A stretch of DNA of 32,000 nucleotides from Nitrosomonas europaea (GCF_900167395.1 NZ_FUWK01000033.1:1-32000), one strand, 5' to 3'. Shown: positions 9,601 to 17,118, counted from the stretch's first letter. Numbers and translations are program-made. The notes: generated by a model from the sequence alone, not told the origin.

Positions 9601-10275
9601 GGCCGTAGCTGGACTGGTGTGACGGTTGCTGACCGGGCCTCGACCGCCGAGGCCGGAACGTGGTATGCCGGTCTCTATGGAGGCACCCAATGGGGCGATC
9701 TGGGCTTGCGTCTTGGTTTGTTGCATGGCGAGCATGACATCGACACCCGGCGCACGGTTGCCGTCCCCGGTCTTTCCGGAACTTTGCGCAGTACTCATGG
9801 TGCGAGTACGACCCAGGCTTTCGGAGAGCTGGCTCACACCCTCCATTTTGGCATTGTGCGCTATGAGCCATTTGCTAACCTCGCCCATATTCACACACGT
9901 TCGAACAGGTTTACCGAAACCGGGGGCAGTATGGCTCTGGCCGGCCGACGCAGCACGATGTCTGCGACTGTCATGACGCTGGGCCAACGCATCGAAGCTG
10001 CACATGTTTTCCGCGGGACAGGCATCAGAACCGTTGGCATGATCGGTTGGCAGCATGTTTGGGGTGATGTGATTCCGCGTTCGACCCATCGCTTTTCCAT
10101 GGGTGATCCCTTTACCATCGCCGGTACGCCACTCGCACGCAACAATCTGCTGGTCGAGGGCGGGTTCGAATTGTCACTGGGCAGGCGTGCGGCGATTGGT
10201 GCCAGCTATACCGGCCGCTTCGCACATAACGGGCATGATCATGCCGCTACTGCAGTGCTGCGCATCGGTTTCTGA
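6676..10275 (+). CDS. Autotransporter (type Va secretion) outer-membrane protein, 1199 aa
   Basis: Signal peptide MKFSTILTFLSGTTFVYPAAFA-QS. Ten Gly/Thr-rich passenger repeats of about 50 aa follow. Next come autotransporter-associated beta-strand repeats (YSGTTILTGDNTYSGSTMIAGGVLQLGNGG). The C-terminus is a beta-barrel translocator ending ...AATAVLRIGF with a terminal Phe. Confidence 0.9.
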   Translation: MKFSTILTFLSGTTFVYPAAFAQSIIASGNILPGIPAPPLALWQPANLRVGVNAAGTLSITDGGMVAGPGQALLGSAVGSSGTVMVSGNDSLFSTVLQMHVGSSGTGTLKIEDRGTANIGTFLYIGRFIGSDGLVTVSGAGSRLTNGNMMQVGSEGTGALIIEDGATVNSTNVTRIGWSSTGIGTAIVQGSGSSWTTNNSMSVGFGGSGRLLIVDGGAVSNVEGFVGRETGSTGEVTVSGAGSSWSNSAALEIGSFGMGELMVEDGGALSNTDGRIGREAGAIGTVTIKDAGSTWSNTGTLYIGDLGKGTLTVADGGKANIVASFVIGRQAGAEGLVTLSGAGSSLINTSSTQVGGAGKGTLIVENGGVGQSNNLSVGVSSGSTGSVAVRGADSRWIAGSILTIGASGHGTLTIEDGGSVTSTLTTIGSNTSGLGEATVSGADSTWTNSGALIVGALGNGTLTVSDGGMVSNATAGIGVGTGRQGVALVSGAGARWINSGDLTVGTNGSATLTVADGGHVSVGGGNGIVHVAEAATANGVVNIGAAAGSAPVGAGTLGAAEVRFGDGTGRLNFNHTDSAYLFSPVITGNGALNHYSGTTILTGDNTYSGSTMIAGGVLQLGNGGTSGSVTSDIQIDSTGTLRIDRSNDWTYAGILSGTGVFDQLGTGTTMLTGNSAAFNGTTTVTNGRLIVGMGGAGTLGGMVNVLDGATLGGSGTVGSAGADVTILGGGVHAPGNSVGVQTIAGNYVNYGTLRIDGTPAGTDMLIVQGGVDITGATLDLQLSPPVASGWNIINGPFTIIDKQSAGAVAGSFGAVNNNLLFLDPYVNYAGGDGNDITLDFVRNDVAFASVALTPNQIATGRGIGTLPYGHPIWNTIALMSDEVAVRRSFDFLSGEIHATASSVLLEESRFPRRAVNDRLRSAFDTNTDTAFWAHGYGAWAGWQSDGNAASLKRDTGGLLLGLDGQLGNWRTGVMTGRSWTGVTVADRASTAEAGTWYAGLYGGTQWGDLGLRLGLLHGEHDIDTRRTVAVPGLSGTLRSTHGASTTQAFGELAHTLHFGIVRYEPFANLAHIHTRSNRFTETGGSMALAGRRSTMSATVMTLGQRIEAAHVFRGTGIRTVGMIGWQHVWGDVIPRSTHRFSMGDPFTIAGTPLARNNLLVEGGFELSLGRRAAIGASYTGRFAHNGHDHAATAVLRIGF
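6838..8236 (+). repeat. Ten in-frame tandem repeats of about 150 bp (about 50 aa) in the autotransporter passenger, T5SS/PEP-CTERM-associated repeat type
   Basis: Recurrent unit G-x-G-x-L-x-[IV]-x-[DN]-G-G ... G-x-x-G-x-V-x-V-S-G-x-x-S-x-W-x-N ... [IV]-G. Ten unit starts are visible: AGTLSITDGG, TGTLKIEDRG, TGALIIEDGA, SGRLLIVDGG, MGELMVEDGG, KGTLTVADGG, KGTLIVENGG, HGTLTIEDGG, NGTLTVSDGG, SATLTVADGG. An identical 17-mer agcggcgcgggatcgag occurs at 7087-7103 and 7693-7709, 606 bp apart and in frame. Confidence 0.8.
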
Positions 10276-10352
10276 CGATTAGCGACGATAATATGTGCTT
10301 TTTTAGCAAGCGATCTGTTGTCACCGCTCGTCATTAGTTTTTGCGCAATTCT

Positions 10353-11816
10353 TCAGAGAACGGGCGGCATCATGCCGCGATGAAATATCCATGCAACCCC
10401 GTAAGCAATCGGGGCAATGATGCCGAACAGCGCAATTGCATAGAGTAATGCCAACTTCCCCATTCCTTTGAGCTTGCTGAAGTCAGTTATGATGCCGATG
10501 CTGATAAAGGTGAGCATGAACATCATGTTACGCATTGGCCCCTCGACTGCGGCAGCAGCTTTATGCAAGGTTTCAGCGGCTTCTGATCCGCTGGAGGCGA
10601 GCATGATGTACGAAAACCAGACCAGGAGATAACCCAGTACAAATTTCGGGAACCGGTGCCAGATTTCCATCAGTCCGATTTTGGACTGGCCGGGTTTGCG
10701 TTCTACTTTATATACCCACACCAGCGCCAGAACGAAGGCCCAGACACCGATAAACATATCGATCCAGATTTTCGTGGTCAGTGATGCCATCAAAATCCAG
10801 CCTTCTTTCCATACGATGCCCAGGTTGGCCTCGGCATTGGCACGCATCAATTCATCCAGCATGGCTCCGGCAGCTGCATCGGCACCATCTGTCTTGACTG
10901 TCAGCCCCAGAGCGGAGCCGTTGACGATAGGCTGCTCCGGTGCTATTGCCGTATAAAACCCCGGCAGGATGATGAGTTCGAACATGGCGAAGATCACGAC
11001 CAGAATCGAGACGAATGCCGGAAGTGCCGGGCGGGCACGAATGGCACCGGCGGTGGCGATGGCAGCCGATATGCCGCAGATGGAAATGCCGGAAGAAAGG
11101 ACCGCTGCGGCATCACGTGATAAATGGAATACTCTGCGGCCAAGCGCATAGACGATCGGCCAGAACAGCATATAGGCGACAAAAGTAGCCGCAACCCCGG
11201 TCATGACCAGTTCTGTAATGAAACCGGCTGCTTCGATGGACATGACGCCGATTTTGATACCCAGGAATACGATTGCCGTTTTGATGAACCATTCCGGTTT
11301 TGCTGCTTCGTTGAGAAATCTGGCGGTATTTTTGAAGAAATTGCCGATGACGAGCCCGACCAGCAACGCCAGCAGGTAAGAAAAACCGCTGCCGAGAGAC
11401 AATCCCCAGGACAGGCCATATTTGTCCATTTCATAGACAGAGGCTTTGAAATGAGCTTCATTGCCGATGATCCAGATGACCCAGGTCATGATGAAAAGAA
11501 TGGTCCAACCGATAAAAAACTGTTTCAGGTCAAATTTCATCGACCATGCTGCCAGACAGGTCAGGGCGGTAAATACCAGATAAGTCACCAGTAACGACAA
11601 TGCCGGATGCCATTCCGGCTTGCCACTGGATTTCAGTACGCCTTCGATGGAAAATTTTTCCCATACCCAGGTGTCGGGTTTGGCCATCCAGCCGGTCAGC
11701 TCCCATCCCCAGAGTGAACTGACGCTCGCCATGAACATGATCAATCCCAGCCAGACTGCCCACCAGTCTTCCGTTCTGGCCATACCTGAATACCATTTGT
11801 CATTCATTGCATTCAT
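10353..11816 (-). CDS. YeiH/UPF0324-family (putative sulfate-exporter family) integral membrane protein, extended 487-aa form
   Basis: Polytopic membrane protein with the family-typical SSGISICGISAAIATAGAI motif and an inserted soluble loop (APEQPIVNGSALGLTVKTDGADAAAGAMLDELMRANAEANLG). The SD GAGGAAAC lies upstream of ATG 11816. Confidence 0.7.
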   Translation of the reverse strand: MNAMNDKWYSGMARTEDWWAVWLGLIMFMASVSSLWGWELTGWMAKPDTWVWEKFSIEGVLKSSGKPEWHPALSLLVTYLVFTALTCLAAWSMKFDLKQFFIGWTILFIMTWVIWIIGNEAHFKASVYEMDKYGLSWGLSLGSGFSYLLALLVGLVIGNFFKNTARFLNEAAKPEWFIKTAIVFLGIKIGVMSIEAAGFITELVMTGVAATFVAYMLFWPIVYALGRRVFHLSRDAAAVLSSGISICGISAAIATAGAIRARPALPAFVSILVVIFAMFELIILPGFYTAIAPEQPIVNGSALGLTVKTDGADAAAGAMLDELMRANAEANLGIVWKEGWILMASLTTKIWIDMFIGVWAFVLALVWVYKVERKPGQSKIGLMEIWHRFPKFVLGYLLVWFSYIMLASSGSEAAETLHKAAAAVEGPMRNMMFMLTFISIGIITDFSKLKGMGKLALLYAIALFGIIAPIAYGVAWIFHRGMMPPVL

Positions 11817-11837
11817 TTCTTGCTTGTTTCCTCGTTT

Positions 11838-12116
11838 TTATTGCACCACTGATACAGGTGATTTCAAGTCCAGACGGATGTAACGGTTGAAGTAATGGTA
11901 GGCGTATTGGCGTATCCAGGCGGGAATGCAGCTATGATCGAAAATCATGAATACTGTCACGCAGCTATTTTCCGGAAATAATTGCCTGTCCAGCAGATAC
12001 CGGATCAGAGCCTGATCCAGTTCCGCCAGGGTTTGTCCGCAAGCTTCGAAGTCCTGATGGTATGCGATCCATTTGATCCCATCATGTATCAACCGAACTT
12101 CCAGATCAGCTTTCAT
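11838..12116 (-). CDS. Small hypothetical protein with a HicB/UPF0150-like N-terminal fold (92 aa)
   Basis: MKADLEVRLIHDGIKWIAYHQDFEACGQTLAELDQALIRYL follows the HicB-like pattern (strand, strand, x-C-x-x-x-G-x-T-x-x-E-A-helix). ATG 12114-12116 overlaps the TGA of the upstream ORF (ATGA). The longer 120-aa reading is rejected because it would overlap that ORF. Confidence 0.5.
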   Translation of the reverse strand: MKADLEVRLIHDGIKWIAYHQDFEACGQTLAELDQALIRYLLDRQLFPENSCVTVFMIFDHSCIPAWIRQYAYHYFNRYIRLDLKSPVSVVQ

Positions 12117-12340
12117 TTTTGTCCCGGAAGGAGGAACCAGTCCACCAGAATACCCAGAATGACCAGTGCCGCGATACCGATTCCTATACTCCACAGGCAC
12201 AGGCTGGTTTCCCAGCTTTCCCAGGGCTCGGGCTCTCCCAGCACGGACTGATCGGGTAATAATCTGCTCATGTCATTTTCGAGAGACTGGCTGTAGGTCT
12301 CGTTATCTGCATCATTGGGTGTCGTCATCGTCGTTCTCAC
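12113..12340 (-). CDS. Small single-pass membrane protein (75 aa; acidic N-terminus, C-terminal TM helix)
   Basis: MRTTMTTPNDADNETY...EPEPWESWETSLCLWSIGIGIAALVILGILVDWFLL. Its stop is coupled by a 4-bp ATGA overlap to the next gene. No family recognised. Confidence 0.5.
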   Translation of the reverse strand: MRTTMTTPNDADNETYSQSLENDMSRLLPDQSVLGEPEPWESWETSLCLWSIGIGIAALVILGILVDWFLLPGQK

Positions 12341-12719
12341 ATAGAAAGAGAAAGTATTCCTTTTCAGAAGGATTCATTTCATTCACATTTGGTCGAGGCA
12401 GGCTTCCGGATTTTCCGGGAAGGATGTCATCCTATCCCGCATGATCGGCGTTTGATTCGCACAATACGTATCTCGCACTGGCCAAAGATGTAGGGCGAAG
12501 TTACCTTTCAACCTTATCATAAATAATCTCGTATCCGGAAACGAAAGAAGCTTGTTTATGGATCATCCTGTTTCTAAAGCAGTGCAGCTGAATGAGGCTG
12601 AAACAGGATGATGACCCTCTGATAGTAGCGTATTACATGAAAATACGAACAAAGTCGGGTGGAACCGGAATTTATTCCAATTGATTACCGGAGAAGTTTG
12701 TTTAGTCCGGGATGGGTTG

Positions 12720-12749
12720 TTGACAATGATTCTCATTATCTGCTATTTT
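12720..12749 (+). promoter_or_regulatory. Sigma70-like promoter (TTGACA-N18-TATTTT) overlapped by a near-consensus Fur box (12722-12740)
   Basis: gacaatgattctcattatc matches the 19-bp Fur consensus GATAATGATAATCATTATC at 16 of 19 positions. TTGACA sits at 12720-12725 and TATTTT at 12744-12749. Confidence 0.5.
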
Positions 12750-12971
12750 TCGAAAAAATCGGATTTGCATATAAATGTTTCTTGTTGCAGCCGGCTGATT
12801 GGCTGACAGTTTCAAATTTCCGATAAATATTTTTTCACGGCCGGGAAAGCATTCTCTGGTTTTCTACCCGGCCGACGCTTTCTGCCAGCTTTCGCCTGTT
12901 TTTTGCCAAGCCAGCCTCGTATTTCGATATTGCCAGCCAGACCCTGTTTTCGGTCCGCCAGCCCTTGGGTG

Positions 12972-13241
12972 GGAACCTCTGCACGAATCCCACATGGCCG
13001 CACACTGTGTTTTGCGGATGGAATGCAAGGCGAGTGAGGTAGTGAATGGTGACCCCTTCACGACGAACTCAACGCTGCAGTCCGTCTGCAAAATCAGTGC
13101 CCTCAGGGTTGTGGCAAAATCACGCGCTCGCTGTGTCGTGCGCCTCGGCATCGTAGAATAACTACGACCTTCGTTGCGCTCCTTGCGATCATCATGATTT
13201 TGCCCGCAATGCGGTTCATGGAGGATTCGTGCAGAGGTTCC
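12972..13241. repeat. 270-bp non-coding element bounded by 19-bp perfect inverted repeats (MITE-like or structured RNA)
   Basis: ggaacctctgcacgaatcc at 12972-12990 and its exact reverse complement ggattcgtgcagaggttcc at 13223-13241. Pairing continues imperfectly inward (catgg/aaccgc). An internal imperfect hairpin spans about 13113-13204, centred on tcgtag-aataa-ctacga. Confidence 0.7.
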
Positions 13242-13297
13242 TTAAAAATCCGTCAGTACATGTCGTGCTGTCAGTTTAATTTCAGGAGCGTAATCGT

Positions 13298-13996
13298 ATG
13301 TTGTCTTTATGCAGAATCATCATCAGTCTCTTGCTGGTCGGCTTGAGTGGTCAGGCTGCTGCCGATATTTCCAACAGCCCGAATCCTTATGATGCCGGGT
13401 ATGGTTTCGATACACCGGATGAGGCCGGCTGGGGTGGCTGGATGCGAGGTGGTGCAAGTACGCTTTATGCCGAGTGGGATACCATTTCCGATGCCAGTTA
13501 TGGTGGTAGTGGTGATCGGACAGCTGCGCCTGATATAGGTACCCATAACGTGGCTGATGCTTATCTTAGTTGGAACCCGGGTGTTTTTGTCACCAGCACG
13601 GGTAATCTCATTACCCCTAGTGTAGTGCAAGAATTCTTCATTCGTATATCGCCCGTATCTTTGTTCAGCGGCCCGCTCGTCGTTGCATTGCAGGTCGAGA
13701 TGTGGGGAGATGAGCCTGCTGCGCCTCTGCTCAATGGTCTTGCTGCATCCAGCTGGACCAGGACTTTCACGGGCACTTCCGTGACCGATCATGATTTGAA
13801 CCAGTATCTTGGGCTGTGGTATTTTGCCAACACGGTAAATCATTTCGAGTTTGATCTTACAAATCAACCGTTTATATCGCTTGCGCAAGTGGCGGTGGAT
13901 ATCGCCCAGGTATCGGAACCGTACATGCTGGCTATCATGCTGACTGGCCTGATTCTGATTGGATCGATGACACGGTACCGCAGCAGACCAATCTGA
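13298..13996 (+). CDS. PEP-CTERM sorting-domain protein (exosortase substrate), secreted
   Basis: Signal peptide MLSLCRIIISLLLVGLSGQAAA. The C-terminus VSEP-YMLAIMLTGLILIGSM-TRYRSR has the (P/S)EP motif, TM helix and basic tail of the PEP-CTERM signal. The SD AGGAG lies 9 nt upstream of the ATG. Confidence 0.7.
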   Translation: MLSLCRIIISLLLVGLSGQAAADISNSPNPYDAGYGFDTPDEAGWGGWMRGGASTLYAEWDTISDASYGGSGDRTAAPDIGTHNVADAYLSWNPGVFVTSTGNLITPSVVQEFFIRISPVSLFSGPLVVALQVEMWGDEPAAPLLNGLAASSWTRTFTGTSVTDHDLNQYLGLWYFANTVNHFEFDLTNQPFISLAQVAVDIAQVSEPYMLAIMLTGLILIGSMTRYRSRPI

Positions 13997-14071
13997 GGAG
14001 CAAAGTCTGCGTGATGTTCCGGATTCCATGACGTATGCCACCCGGATGACATATAGTGGCTGATTCTTACT

Positions 14072-15142
14072 TTGAATCAGCGAGGCAACAAATTGAACGA
14101 CACAGCAGACAAGCTGACTTTTACCCGTCCGGATGACTGGCACCTGCATTTGCGTGACGGTAACGCCATGCGGTCGGTGTTGCCCGATACCGCCCGGCGT
14201 TTTGCGCGCGCCATCATCATGCCGAACCTCAAGCCGCCCATCGTGACGACTGAACAGGCAGCTGCCTATCGTGTCCGTATTCTGTCTGCTTTACCGGCTG
14301 AGCTGGCCGGGCGGTTCGAGCCGCTGATGACGCTATACCTGACGGATACGACATCACCCGAAGAAATTACTCGGGCTCAGGCAAGTGGTATCGTGCAAGG
14401 TATCAAGCTCTACCCTGCTGGAGCGACCACACATTCCGATGCGGGTGTCACGGATATTGCACGCTGCGAGGCTACGCTGGAGAAGATGGAAGAGCTCGAC
14501 ATGCCTTTACTCGTGCATGGAGAAGTGGTCGATCCTGCAGTGGATGTTTTCGACCGGGAAAAAATTTTCATTGACCGGGTACTGACGCCGCTACTGCAAC
14601 GCTTTCCCGGGCTGCGAGTGGTATTCGAACATATCACTACCAGAGAGGCAGTCGAGTTTGTGCAGACGGCTCCAAACCGGATTGCTGCCACGATTACCGC
14701 ACACCACCTGATGCTGAACCGGAATGCCCTGTTTACCGGCGGATTGCGTCCGCATCATTACTGTTTGCCGGTACTGAAACGGGAAATACATCGTCAGGCA
14801 CTGCTGGAAGCAGCGACCAGCGGTCATTCCAGATTCTTCCTTGGTACCGACAGCGCACCACATCCGGTCAGAGACAAAGAATCAGCCTGTGGGTGTGCGG
14901 GTATTTACAGTGCTCATGCAGCCATCGAATTTTATGCCGAGGTATTCGAACAGGCTGGCCGGCTCGATCGACTGGAGGCTTTTACCAGCTTTCACGGCCC
15001 CGATTTCTATGGTTTACCACGTAATACCGATCGGATTTCCCTGATCAGGGAAAGCTGGCAGATTCCGGAGCAGGTCGAATTGGGTGAAGAAAAATTGATC
15101 CCCCTCAGAGCAGGGGAACACGCTCGCTGGAAACTGGCATGA
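14072..15142 (+). CDS. pyrC: Dihydroorotase, homodimeric (class II) type
   Basis: RPDDWHLHLRDGNAMRSVLPDTARRFARAIIMPNLKPPIVT..., KLYPAGATTHS and FLGTDSAPH match E. coli PyrC. No ATG is available at the N-terminus. The start is TTG 14072 or in-frame TTG 14093; the latter has GAGG 7 nt upstream. Confidence 0.9.
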   Translation: MNQRGNKLNDTADKLTFTRPDDWHLHLRDGNAMRSVLPDTARRFARAIIMPNLKPPIVTTEQAAAYRVRILSALPAELAGRFEPLMTLYLTDTTSPEEITRAQASGIVQGIKLYPAGATTHSDAGVTDIARCEATLEKMEELDMPLLVHGEVVDPAVDVFDREKIFIDRVLTPLLQRFPGLRVVFEHITTREAVEFVQTAPNRIAATITAHHLMLNRNALFTGGLRPHHYCLPVLKREIHRQALLEAATSGHSRFFLGTDSAPHPVRDKESACGCAGIYSAHAAIEFYAEVFEQAGRLDRLEAFTSFHGPDFYGLPRNTDRISLIRESWQIPEQVELGEEKLIPLRAGEHARWKLA

Positions 15143-15169
15143 ACCACTGTCGACCGGATACCGGGAAGA

Positions 15170-16426
15170 TCAACGGAAGGTGAGTGTGGCTTTGGTGCCA
15201 CCGGATTCCAGACTGTCGATATCCAGGCGCCAGCCCAGATGAGCGCATGCCCGGGCGATCAGTTCGAGCCCAATGCCACCGGCTGCAGCGGAGCCAGCAC
15301 GTGCAAGCTGTGTATAAATACGACTGCGTTCGCTTTCTGAAACACCATGCCCGGAATCCTGAACGGTGACACCGGAACCGGTGGTGATCACACGAATCGT
15401 ACCGTGCTCGCTGTTTTCAATCGCATTGCGGACAAGATTGCCGATGGTGGCACTCACAATCTGGCGAGGAGCGTGGATTGAACAAGGGGGCGTTGTGATG
15501 ATGTCGAAAGCCAGTTCCTTTGATCCGGCCAGCAGCCGATGATCCTGGACGATGGAGGGTACCAGCTCAGCCAGGTCGACCAGTTCCATCATCGACTGCA
15601 GGCGTGCAGGGTCTCTGGCAAGAGCGAGGAGAAGTGTGACCAGATTCTGCATTTCGTGAGCCGTTGCCAGGATGCGGCGCAGGTGTGCTTCGGTTGAATG
15701 CGGTGATACCAGGGGGTCGAGTGCCACCTCGGCGGTACTGACGACCACGGCAAGCGGGGTGCGCAATTCGTGACTGGCCATGCGGATGAATTTGCGCTCG
15801 CGCTCCACGAAATCGTCGATCTGCACGAGATAGGAATTGAGCCTTTCAGCGATGACCTGGGCTTCTTTCGGGGCATGTGGTTCAATTTGTACACGCTGTC
15901 CGTTCTGATCGGGTGACAATTCTGCAATTGCTCGTGCAAGGCTGTTCAGCGGTCGTACCAGTCGTCTGGCACCGAAAATCGTAACCAGAACGAGGATACA
16001 TACCAGTACAGCAGCGGATCCGAGAATCATCCAGATGAGCTGCCGTTCCACTCTTTCTATGTTCGTAATGTCCAGTGTCATCACACTGCGATCCGGGCCG
16101 ATACCACTCGCCAGCACGACGAATTGTTTCTTTTCGACAGATATTCCGTCATGAACTCCTGCTGGCAGATCGAATTCTGCAGGAATGGGTGTATCGCTGC
16201 CTTTTCCAAAGAGTCGCAGCAGCTCCGTGTCATCCCATCGGTAACCGGCTTCGGTGCGCTGGCATTCCAGGAAGTATTCGAACTCACTCCGCAGCAGTGA
16301 CTCCCAGATAAGGTGTTCCACATTTTTGATCACGGTCACGCCGTAGGTTGCTATCCCGAGTGAAAGCAGCAGTGTGTACGCCAGCATTCCGAGCATGATC
16401 TGTCGTCGCAGGCTTTTGGTCGCCAT
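15170..16426 (-). CDS. Two-component sensor histidine kinase
   Basis: Two TM helices flank a periplasmic domain of about 110 aa, followed by a HAMP-like linker. H-box MASHELRTPLAVV, N-box LVRNAIENS, G-boxes QDSGHGVS and GGIGLELI. I place the start at ATG 16424-16426 (MATKSLRRQ...), which overlaps the regulator's TGA by 1 nt. Confidence 0.85.
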   Translation of the reverse strand: MATKSLRRQIMLGMLAYTLLLSLGIATYGVTVIKNVEHLIWESLLRSEFEYFLECQRTEAGYRWDDTELLRLFGKGSDTPIPAEFDLPAGVHDGISVEKKQFVVLASGIGPDRSVMTLDITNIERVERQLIWMILGSAAVLVCILVLVTIFGARRLVRPLNSLARAIAELSPDQNGQRVQIEPHAPKEAQVIAERLNSYLVQIDDFVERERKFIRMASHELRTPLAVVVSTAEVALDPLVSPHSTEAHLRRILATAHEMQNLVTLLLALARDPARLQSMMELVDLAELVPSIVQDHRLLAGSKELAFDIITTPPCSIHAPRQIVSATIGNLVRNAIENSEHGTIRVITTGSGVTVQDSGHGVSESERSRIYTQLARAGSAAAGGIGLELIARACAHLGWRLDIDSLESGGTKATLTFR

Positions 16427-17118
16427 CAGTTTTGCTCCTGCACAGCAAGGCGATAGCCGACACATCGAAGTGTGTGCAGCAGTTTTTCTTCCTGCTCTCC
16501 GTCCACAGCTCGCCGGAGTTCATACATATGTGAGCGGAGCACATTGCCTTCCGGTGGCTCGTCACCCCAAAGCGTTTCTTCGAGTTCAGGACGAGAAACG
16601 ACTGACGGGCTTGCGCGCATCAGTACTTCCAGAAGCCGTCGCTCACTTGCGGACAGTTGTATCTGCCGTGATCCGCGCCATATATGCTGAGTATCCAGAT
16701 CGAATGAAAGGTCGCCCACAGTGAGCTTGCGCCTTCTGCCACGACTTCGGGCAAGCAGCGCTTCGATACGCACCTCAAGCTCTGCGAACGCGAATGGTTT
16801 AATCAGGTAGTCATCCGCACCTGCTCTGAATCCGGAAATTTTGTCATCGAGATCGTCGCGAGCGGTCAGCATGAGGATGGGTATATGGCAGTCCCGTGCA
16901 CGCAGAGCGCGGATGACATCTACTCCTTCCTTCGTTGGCAGCCCCCAATCGATGATCAGCGCATGGTAATTCCCCTGCTGTGCAAGCGTAAGACCAGCAA
17001 GACCATCCTGGGCTGCATCCAGCAGGTATCCCCGCGGTTCCAGGTAGGCAAAAAGGTTGGCAACGAGGCTGGCATTATCCTCGAGGATGAGAATACGGGC
17101 TTGAAAAGAAGGATTCAT
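16426..17118 (-). CDS. OmpR/PhoB-family response regulator
   Basis: Receiver domain (ILILEDN..., ALIIDWGLP, phospho-acceptor Asp context, KPF) plus a winged-helix C-terminus (LSASERRLLEVLM...VLRSHMYELRRAV...LHTLRCVGYRL). Confidence 0.9.
   Translation of the reverse strand: MNPSFQARILILEDNASLVANLFAYLEPRGYLLDAAQDGLAGLTLAQQGNYHALIIDWGLPTKEGVDVIRALRARDCHIPILMLTARDDLDDKISGFRAGADDYLIKPFAFAELEVRIEALLARSRGRRRKLTVGDLSFDLDTQHIWRGSRQIQLSASERRLLEVLMRASPSVVSRPELEETLWGDEPPEGNVLRSHMYELRRAVDGEQEEKLLHTLRCVGYRLAVQEQN

Noticed and set aside
7578-10089. Long minus-strand ORFs (226 aa at 7578-8258 and 492 aa at 8611-10089) inside the autotransporter gene
   Set aside because: They are antisense shadows of a G+C-rich, Gly/Ala-codon-rich gene. 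Their translations are Pro/Arg/Ala-rich low-complexity sequence with no motifs. The plus-strand product has a complete, recognisable autotransporter architecture.
12562-12612. 13-bp perfect inverted repeat atcatcctgtttc / gaaacaggatgat with a 25-nt loop, overlapping a 17-codon ORF (12558-12611)
   Set aside because: The repeat is real in the sequence. However, it has no adjoining U tract, no SD for the ORF and no gene context. I could not assign a function and did not list it as a feature.
12838-12875. Hairpin cggccggg-N20-cccggccg that might terminate a Fur-regulated transcript
   Set aside because: The stem is G+C-rich, but the loop is 20 nt. The T tract lies upstream of the hairpin rather than downstream, and the sequence after it is not U-rich on either strand. 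It is not a credible intrinsic terminator.
12799-13161. 120-aa plus-strand ORF (TTG start) in the long intergenic region, downstream of the Fur-box promoter
   Set aside because: It has no SD and an alternative start codon. The Cys/Phe/Pro-rich sequence is unlike a real protein. It runs through the inverted-repeat element, so I treat it as non-coding. Ribosome profiling could revisit this.
13307-14149. 280-aa minus-strand ORF overlapping the PEP-CTERM gene and the pyrC start
   Set aside because: The translation has no recognisable domain and no signal or TM logic, and it would overlap two well-supported genes. The plus-strand PEP-CTERM reading has signal peptide, sorting tag and SD.
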